Source: the human T2T-CHM13v2.0 reference genome, Homo sapiens
Length of the DNA stretch: 64,000 bases
Assembly: GCF_009914755.1 (NCBI RefSeq)
Contig: NC_060931.1
Reading direction: 5' to 3' (one strand)
Shown: piece by piece, positions 54,816 through 64,000 of the stretch
How the letters are laid out: each line of letters starts with the position of its first letter
Numbering within the stretch: position 1 is the first letter of the stretch
The notes under the pieces: generated by a model
What the model saw: only the letters and a program-made list of their open reading frames with translations
Told to the model about the DNA's origin: nothing
Database searches by the model: none
Program-made: the position numbers and the translations under genes

Positions 54816-57800
54816 TATACTGATTTCTTTTCTTTTGGTTAGATACCCAGTAGTGGCAATGCTGGATCATATGGTAGTTCTATTCTTAGTTGTTTGAGAA
54901 ACTTTCATACGGTTCTCTATAGTGGCTCTATTAATTTACATTCATACTAACAGTGTATGAGAGTCCCCTTTTCTCTGCATCCCTATCAGCATTTGCATTT
55001 TTTTTTGTAATTTGATAATACAGTTCTAACTGCGGCGAGATGATATTTCATTGTGGTTTTGATTTACATTTTTCTGATGATTAGCAATATTGAGTGTTTT
55101 TTCACTTACCTGTTGGGCATTCATATGTCTTCTTTTGATAAGTGTGTATTTAGATCCTTTTCCCACTTTTAAATAAGATTGTGATTTGCTATTGAGTTGT
55201 TTACAAACTTACATATTCTAGATTTTAGGCCCTTGTAAGATGAATAGTTGCATCTATTTTCTCCCATTTAACAGATTACCTCTTCAATCTGTTAAATGGG
55301 AGAGTGTTTCCTTTGCTGTGCAGAAGATCTTCAGTTTGATGTAGTTACATTAGTTTATTTTTGTTTTTGTTAATTTTTATATATTTAGAGAGATAGTCAT
55401 CTAGTTTCATTCTTCTGCATATGGATACCCAGTTTTCCCAGAACTGTTTGTTGAAGAGGATTTTCTTTCCCCAGTGTATGTTCTTGGCATCTTTGTGAAA
55501 TAGCAGTTGATTTGTGAAATAGCAGTAAATATGAGGGTTTATTTCTGGGTTCTTTAATTTGTTCCATTGGTCTCTGTGTCTATTTGTATACCAATATCCT
55601 GCTCTTTTTGTTACTATGGCCTCATAATTTCAGGTAGTGTGATGCTTCCAGCTTTATTCTTTTTTTCTCATGATTTCTTTGGCTATTCAGGCTCTTTTTT
55701 GGTTCTATACAAATTGTAAGATTGCTTTTTCTGTTTGTGTGAAAAATGTCATTGGTATTTTGATAGGAATTGTGTTGAATCTGTAGATGCTTTGGACAGT
55801 ACAGTTATTTTAACAATATTAATTATTCTAATCTACGAGCATAGGATGTCTTTCCATTTGTGTTCTCTTCAATTTCTTTCATCAGTGTTGTGTACTTTTC
55901 CTTGTAGATGTTTTTCACCTTATTAATTAAATTTATTTCTAGGCATTTTATTTCTTGGTACCTATTGTAAATGTGATTGTTTTCTTGATTTCTCTTTCAG
56001 CTGGTTTGTTATTGATGTGTAGAAACACTACTCATTTTTATATGTTGATTTTGTATCCTTCATTTAATCTTTATTTATCAGATCAAAGAGTTTTTTGGCT
56101 GAATCTTTAGGTTTCCTAAGTATAAGATTATATTGTCTGTAAAGAGTGACAATTTGATCCCATCTTTTCCACTTTGGATGACTTTTATTTCTTTCTTTTT
56201 CCTGGTTGTTCTGGTTCGAACTTCAAGTAATATATTGAACAGGAGTGGTGAAAGTGAGCATCCTTGTCTAGTGTCGATGCTTAGAAGAAAGGCTTTCAGC
56301 TATACCCATTTTAGTATGTTAGTTGTGGATTTGTCATATATGGCTTTTATTATTTTGAGGTATGTTCCTTCTATGCTTTGTTTAGCATTTTTGTCAGGAA
56401 AGAATGTTTTTATCAAATGCTTTTTCTGTATCTATTGAAATGATCATATGGCTTTTTTTCTTTATTCTGTTGATGTTATGTATCAGGTTTGTAGATTTCT
56501 GTATGTTGAACCATACTTGCATTCCTGGAATAGATCCTACTTGATAGGTGTATTATATTTTTGATGTGCTGTTGGATACAGTTTGCTAGTGTTTCATTTA
56601 GGATTTTTGCATCTATGTTCACCAGGGACATTGGCCTGTAGTTTTTTTTCTTGTGTCCTTGTTTGCTTTTGGTATCAGGGTACTACGAGATTCATATAAT
56701 AAGTTAGAAAGAATTTCCTTCTCTCCAATATTCTGTGATAGTTTAAGGATAATTTGTATTACTTCTTTACATGTTTGGTAGAATTTGGCAGTGAAGTGAT
56801 CTAGTCCTTGGCTTTTCTTTGTTGAGAGACTATTTATTACTGATTCAATCTTGTTACTCCTTATTGGTCTGTTCATGTTTTTAATTCTTCTGATTCAATC
56901 TAGTAGGTTGTATGTGTCCAGGAATTTATCCATTTCTTCTAGGTTTTCTAGTTTGTTAGTGTTTAGTTGTTCGTAGTAGTCTTGATGATCTTTTGTATTT
57001 TTGTGGTATCAGCAGTAATGTCTCCTTTTTAACTTCTAATTTTGGGTATTTGGGTCTTCTCTCTTGTTTTCTTGGTTAGTCCACCTAGTGGTTTTTCAAT
57101 TTTATATATCTTTTTGATAAACCAAGTTTTCATTTTGTTTATTATTTGTATTGCTCCTTTTAGTCTCTGTTTAGTTCTGCTCTGATCTTTTTTTATCCCT
57201 TCTACGAATTTGGGGTTTGGTTTTTCTTGCTTTTCTAGTCCCTTGAGGTACATTGTTAGGTTGATTATTTGAAACATTTCTACCTTTTTGATGTAGGGAT
57301 TTATTACTATAAATTTCCCTAGTAGCACCACTTTTTTTTCTATATCTTGTAGGTTTTTGTATATTGTTTCCATTTTTGTTTGTTTCAAAAAAAAGTTTTG
57401 AGTTTTGTTTTAATTTCTTCACTGACCCAGTGATTGTTCAAGAGCATGTTGCTTAATTTCCATGTATTTGCGGAGTTTTCAAAGTTTCTCATGTTGCTGA
57501 TTTCTTGTTGTATGCTATTGTGGTCTGAGAAGATATCTGAGAGGATTTCGATTTTTAAAAAAATTGTTGAGACTTTTCTTGTCTAACATATGATATCTCT
57601 TGGGGTATTTATCATATGCTGATGAGAAGAATGTGTATTCCTGCATCTGTTGGATGAAATGGTCTGTAAATGTCTGTTTAGATCCATTTAGGCTAATGCA
57701 GTTTGAATCCAATGTTTGCTGATTTTCTGTCTAATCAATCTATTCCAAGGAGTGGAGTTTTGGAATCCTCAACTACTATCTTGCTGGAGTCTATCTATCC

Positions 57801-57855
57801 TTTTATATCTATGAATATTTGCTTTATATATCTGAGTACTCCATTGTTAGGTGCA

Positions 57856-58238
57856 TTATGTGGTTTGGATGTGTCCTTACGCAAATCTCACCTTGAATTC
57901 CCACCTGTTATGAGAGGGACCCTATGGGAGGCACCATGTGGGAGGTAACTGAATCATGAGGGCAGATCTTTCCCATACTGTTCTCATGATAGTGAATAAG
58001 TCTTATGAGATCTGATAGTTTTAAAAAGAGGAGATCCCCTGCACAAGCGCTGTCTCTCTCTCTCTCTTTTTTGCCTGCTGCCATCCATGTAAGACATAAC
58101 TTGCTCTTTCTTGCTTTCTACCATGATTGTGAGGCCTCCCCAGCCATGTGGAACTGTAAGTCCATTGAAACTCTATCTTTTGTAAATTGCCCAGTCTTGG
58201 GTATGTCTTTATCAGCAGTGTGAAAACAAACTAATATA
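57856..58238 (+). mobile_element. THE1B-like LTR nested in L1MA
   Basis: Ends 'gtatgtctttatcagcagtgtgaaaacaaactaatata'; TSD gtgca/gtaca. Confidence 0.88.
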
Positions 58239-61200
58239 GTACATTTATATTTGGAATTGTTAAATCATCTTGATGAATTGATTCCATTATTATTATATAA
58301 ATACTTTCTTGATATCTTTACTATTTTTGACTTAAAGTGTGTTTTATCCTACATAAGTATATGAATTCTTGCTTGCTTTTGCTTTTTGAGTAGATAGGTT
58401 TTTTTTCCATTCCTGTACTTTCAGTCCGTATGTGTCTTTAGAGGTGAAGTGAGTTTGTTGGACACAGCATATAGTTGGGTCATGTAGCATATAAATTTTA
58501 AGTGGAAAGTTTAATTCGTTTACTTTCAAGGTAATTTTGATATGTGAGAATGTATTACTGTCATTTTGTTAATTGTTTTCTTGTTGCTTTGTATATTCCT
58601 TGTTTCTTTCTTTCTCTCATCGTTTATGGTTATGGTTTGGTAGTAATAACATTTAAGTTCTTCCTCTTCCATATTGGTATGTTTTCTATACCAGTTAGTT
58701 TACACTTTCAAATGCTTTCATGACTGTGAGTATCTCTGTTTAGCTTTCAGGTATAGGATTCCCTTGAGCATTTTCTGTAAGGACATTCTAGTGGTAAAAA
58801 ATTCTCTCAGTTTTTGCTTATCTGGGAATCTTTATTTCTCCTTCTCTTATGATGATAACTTTGCTGGAAATGGTATTCTTGGTTACCAGTCATTTTCTTT
58901 CAGCACTTTTAATATATTGTCCCATTCTCTCCTGACCTGCCAAGTTTCTGCTGAGAAATCTGTTGTTAGTTTAATAGGGTTTCCTTTATATGTGAGTATA
59001 TGTGAGTAGATACTTTTCTCTTGCCGTTTTTGCAATTCTCCTTTCTTTGGTCTTTGACAATTAGACAATAATGTGCCAGGGAGAAGTTCCTTTGGGGTTG
59101 TATCTATCTGGGGACACCTGAGTGTCCTGTGTCTGGATGTGTAAGTCTCTTACTAGTCTTGAAAATTTCTGGGGTGTTATTTTTTCAGTTTTTTATGCCA
59201 TTAAACTTCTTTTCCTTTTCTGGGAGACCCCAAATTTAGATATTTTGTTGCTTTATCATGTACCATATATCATGTAGGCTTTCTTTTTTTTCATTTTTTA
59301 AAAATCTGGGTAGGTTATTTCAAAAGACCTGTCTTCAAGTTCTGAAATTCTTTCTTCTGCTTCATCTAGTCTGTTATGGAAATGTGCAATTGTATTTTAC
59401 ATTTCATTTATGAAATTCTTTAGTTCAAGGATTGTGTTTTATTCTTTTCAATAATATCTATCTTTTCTCGAATTTCTCATTCATATTCTGAATTTTTTTC
59501 TGATTTCTTTGTATTGCTTATTTGTGTTCTCTTGTATCTCACTGAAATTCTTTAATATCATTATTTTGAATTTTATCTCAGGTATTGAGTACATTTCTTT
59601 TTGTTGGAATCTGTTGTTTGAGAATTATTGTGTTCCCTTGGAGGTGTCATTTTTGTTGTTGTTGCTCTTTTATGTTTCTTGTAGCCCTTCATCGATGTCT
59701 GTCCCTGAGGTGTAACAGTTACTTCTTCTAATTTTTTTGAATTGGCTTTCATTGGAGATGAGTTTTTCCTGTAGATCTACCTGTGGTTTCATTTGTGTAG
59801 GGCACTTTAGCTTTGATTTTGGATCCTGGCAGTAGTGTAGTTTTTATATGATTGCTTTGGCTGTAAACAGTACGAGTGGTGTCTGACTTTTTCAGTGATT
59901 TAGCGTGCAGATGTTAGTGAAGGCTGAAAGGAACTTTTGCTGGGAATGGTACACCATGTGGGCCAATCTTCAGGACCCCATGGTGGCAGCAATAGGCCAA
60001 GTATGCCTATCCTTGAGCCCCGGTCTGTATACATATACACTGGCACTAGCGGGTCCAGGCAGGACTATCCTTGGGCCTCCAAATGCTTGCTTGAGTGCCA
60101 GAAGTGGAAGCAGGTGGTCAGGTAGGTTGGGGAGTCCTTGGACCCCTGAGCAGTGTGTGTGATGTGGGCTGTGATAGTAGTGGTAGTGGGACAAATGCTT
60201 GGGCTTTCAGGTGGCACCTGCTGATGTTAGTGGTGGCTGTGACAAGCCAGCCATGTCTGTCCTCAAGCCCCCAGGATAAGCTTCCAGATGCCAGCAGTGT
60301 TGAATAGGATGCGGCAATCTCCAGGCCTCCCGACAAGCATGCTTGGGTATCAGTAGCAGTTATTTCTGGACTTGTTCTTTGGCTCCCTGGTGATCTGCAT
60401 GTGTGCCCAGTGACCAACTGGGCGGGTTGATCACTGGACCCCCAGGTAGCAGGCTTGGTCACTGTCCTCAGGATCCCCAGTGGCAAACACAGGTGCAGGC
60501 TGTGGTGAGCAGGGCAGGGTGATCCCTAGGCCCTGGTGGTGTGCTTGTGTGGTGGTGGCAGCAAAAGCAGTGAGTGTTGAAATGTTGTCTCTAGGGCACA
60601 TGCACGTATGTGGCAGCTCTGCTGTTGAGGGGGCAGCATTGCCGTTAGTGACAATGGCCCCACAGAGATAAGTTTTAGACTCTGGGGATTATGCATTTAA
60701 TTTTCCAGTGGTGACAGTGGCTGCAGGAGATGGTGAATAGAGTCTGTCCCCAGAGTACTTGGACATGGGTGGCATTCCTGTTGCTGGAGGGAGGCAGGGT
60801 TGCTGTTGGTGATAGTGGCCCAAGACATGTGGGTTTCAGACTCTGGGGAGTATGCTCTTTGTTTGTTTTTGTCCTGGAAACAGCCTCTTTATTGCTCTGC
60901 ACTGCCCCTCTCCTGGCATGTAGGAAACTATGTGGGCTAGATTGCTAGGGCCCCTACCGCTCTGCTGGGTCTAACCAGCATCTCACCACTATAGCCCTCC
61001 AGATGGAGGTAGGAGGATGTCAGTGGGGCTTTAGGGATGTGGAGATACACAGGCTCTTGGGCCTCATGTCAGGATGCAGTCTGCTGGGGTTTGGGCTCAC
61101 AAAATGGCCCTTTGCTGCAATCGTATGGGACTCAGGGATGGTGTGGGACCCAGTGTGAGCTCCCTTTCTGGAGCAATACCATCATGCAGACTACAGGGAA

Positions 61201-62859
61201 ATCCCTATGCCAGTCTCAGAGATTACAGGGGTTGAGGGACTCTCCTGCAGCTAGGAGTACAGAAGTCTGCAGTGGGAATGTGAACCACTGCAGATCTCTT
61301 CTTGCCCTCTCCTTGCACTGGGGAGCCTCTATGGGCTTCCAGCCCATTGCAGCTGGGCTGTCCCTATCACCTCCCTCTTCCCAGGTATCTCAAGTATTTC
61401 CTGCCTCTTCTCTGCTGAATCCAGTACTCTCTCTTAGATGTTTTATTCAAAGTGTGATTATCTACTCAGTATTTTGGCTCTTCTTTGTGGAGGGGTTGAG
61501 TGTCCTGTGCCCCTAGTTAGTCATCTTGGAAGACCTCCAACATTATTTATAAATACATTTAAGTATTTAAAATACTGAAATTTAAAGCACTCTACAGACC
61601 TAATAACCAGGCAAATTCATACATTGACATAATTTGCTTAGTGTCTGCAGTAATCAGATTTTGTGCCAGTTAGATTAGGCTGGGGTTTCTTAATAGTGAT
61701 TCAGCTCATACCTTTATGGGGGCATTTAGAAAGCATGTAAGAGGGTATAGTGTTAACAATAGTTGAAGACTGGGGATGTTAGATGTTCTGCAATGTAGGC
61801 AGCACTTCTGATTAGCAAAATCTTGCTTCTTTAACTGTAGAGATAACTTCTCTACAGTTATTTCTGCAAAGGTGAGAAATATATTTATGTTTGAGGTGAA
61901 AATTCAGCTCCATAGTAAAAATCAACATAAGAAATAGTTTTTGTATTGTTTTTATGTACATTTGTAGGAGTGCAAATGTTGTATAAATTGAGAAAAGAGG
62001 TACTTTGTTTTGCTAAGTATACTATGAAAATTTGATTACCATTTTGACAAATTATGAAAACAATGACATTCTAATTCACGAATTTTAAATGGCCAATGCA
62101 ACATGCCTGTAACAGACTGTACTTGTAGCTATAGCACTGGGGAGATTACACATAAGTAAAATCATCTGACTATTTCATTATATGTTTTAGTGTACTCATG
62201 CTCAAACATTAAAATGATCTACATATTATTTGATTATAAATGAATTTCCTTTTATTTCACGTTTATTATGCAGTAAGGCCACTATACTGAATTAAAAATT
62301 CATATGTAAGTAGCTTTTTATCATTTATTAATTCATTTCAGAATAACAACTAGAGTGTTATAATGTGTTTCTTACAGTAAAAATGTGCATTATGTTTAAA
62401 TAGGTTGTGAATCATGGCATAGACCTTCTGATATGTGTTTGTTTCAGTTTGTTTCCCAGATTTCTTACAATTTTGAAGAGGATTTTGTGGATGGGTTGGA
62501 GATCAGACTAAAATATTAACAAAGGAATTCTAGTTTTTCTGTTAGGCAGTGGATCCATACATTTAAATGAACTAAGGCCTAACCCACTTTCTATGGGAAG
62601 GATGAGAAAAATGACCTTGTTGTTTTTTATTGAAAAACCTACAACCAAAAGCAAACATACAAACAAGACCCCAATTAATTTATCAGTAGCTTATTTTAGT
62701 GGAATTACTGATACTAGGGTAGAGGTTAAAAGTACCAAATATTAGTCATATTCCTTTCATAGGTCAAGTAGAAAATAGATATATGTAATAATTTCTATAC
62801 AATTTGAATATAAATTTGATAAAATAAAGCATCCAGTTTAGATAAAACTCTAAAACAAA

Positions 62860-63720
62860 ACATCATTAACTTAAACCTCATTTCTTATAAAATTTTTAAC
62901 CAGATGGATCCTGAAATTAAATGTAAAATTTTAAACTATGTGAAACCATTGGAAAAAAGAAAATATGGGAAAATCTTTGGGACCCAGGGTTATGTAATGA
63001 AGTTTTAGAAGTAATACTAATTCTTTGAAGAAAAATTGATAAATTGCATATCATCCTGATTTAAAAAAAAACACCTTTTGGTCTTTGAAAGACTGTAAAG
63101 AGGATGAAAAGAAAAGCCACAGAATGGACAAGTCACAATACCAAATGCTGGTAAGGATGCATAGAAACTGGATCATTCATACATTGCTGGTGAAAATTCC
63201 AGCCACATTGTCAGCCCCTCTAGAAAACCATTAGGCAGATACTTATAAAACGAAATATCTACATAGCCAGGACCAAGACTAAGGTCAGGTAAGTGAGGCA
63301 CTCACCTCTGGTAAATGATTTAAGGAAGGGTGCCAAACATCAGTAATTAAGATAAACGGCACTTTAATGCAATATTTTAAAAAATAAAAATTAATGCAAA
63401 AAAACCCACGATGAACAAACTTCAAAATTTTAAATGAAGATAGGATTATGTGATCCAGCAAATACACTCCTGGAAATTGTCCCGGAAAAATGAAAACATG
63501 TTCACACAAAACCTGTTCATGAATGTTCACAGCAGCTACGGTCCCAAACTGATATTATCACACAAATGTCCTTCAAAAAGATAAAGGGTTAAACATATCG
63601 TGGTACATCTACACAATGGAAACGCTATGTAGTAATAAAAAAGGACAAACTGCCAATGCACATTACAAGTTGGATGAATTTCAAAGACATCATTTTGAGT
63701 GAAGAAAGCCAATCACGTGT
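62860..63720 (+). mobile_element. Old L1M ORF2/3' fragment
   Basis: 'accaaatgctggtaaggatgcatagaaactggatcattcatacattgctggtg'. Confidence 0.7.
63266..63445 (+). mobile_element. MER96B-like hAT DNA transposon fragment
   Basis: 'gactaaggtcaggtaagtgaggcactcacctc...cagtaattaagataaa...ttaatgcaaaaaa'. Confidence 0.65.
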
Positions 63721-63754
63721 TTGAAGGTTTTTTTTTTTTTAAATAAAGAATACC

Positions 63755-64000
63755 CCTTCAGTGATTAGAAGAGACCCAAGATGGAAATAAATATTTTATT
63801 AATTACAGGTCCTGGGAGTGAATGACATGCCTGAAGGTCACATGGAGGTTGGTCAATGAAAAAAGAGAGGGAGGGACCCACAGGCCAGTGCCTTTACTGG
63901 GGCCCAGGGCATGATCTCAATAGGTTTCCTGTGGGAAGCTTTAATTGATGAGTTTAAAGAAAGCAGGCACAACTTTTAGGAGGTCACCCGTGACTGAGAG
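63755..64000 (-). mobile_element. ERVL LTR (MER74/MER88-like), cut by the window edge
   Basis: 'gggacccacaggccagtgcctttactggggcccagggc'. Confidence 0.45.

Larger units (their letters stand above)
53797..61538 (-). mobile_element. Near full-length L1MA1-3-like LINE-1 (degraded)
   Basis: 3' end 'atttatggggtacatgtgatattttgttacatg'; antisense ORF2/ORF1 fragments (e.g. 58883-59068 ETWQVRREWDNILKVLKE); GC-richer 5'UTR ending 'gtcatcttgga'. Confidence 0.85.

Noticed and set aside
61037-61516. 159-aa ORF and neighbouring ORFs from 59905
   Set aside because: They lie antisense in the GC-richer 5'UTR of the old L1MA, where open frames arise by chance.

Overview
This is human nuclear DNA: it carries primate Alu, L1PA, THE1, MER41 and LTR12 elements plus a short L1 with the human-specific Ta diagnostics. 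It is AT-rich, CpG-poor and mostly interspersed repeat, as expected for gene-poor intergenic DNA or a long intron. I recognise no intact host protein-coding gene; almost all listed ORFs are repeat-derived, and the only long one (15622-17727) is the RT/C-terminal part of a 5'-truncated L1PA3-like ORF2. Repeat family names come from my recall of consensus sequences, and boundaries without a stated target-site duplication (TSD) are approximate. The most notable directly visible structures are: a probably polymorphic L1HS-Ta stub (40179-40334); a ~500 bp fold-back palindrome copied across three elements (32873-33373); two L1 3' transductions; an apparent L1-associated deletion; a patchwork expansion inside an LTR12; and a MER41 with mixed A/B features. 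The unique DNA also holds splice-bounded cassettes that join in frame on the + strand, a duplicated intron-like unit, a recursive-splice-like AG|GT site and a CpG-retaining promoter-like patch. These hint at a spliced transcript or decayed gene that I cannot identify, and that part remains a hypothesis.
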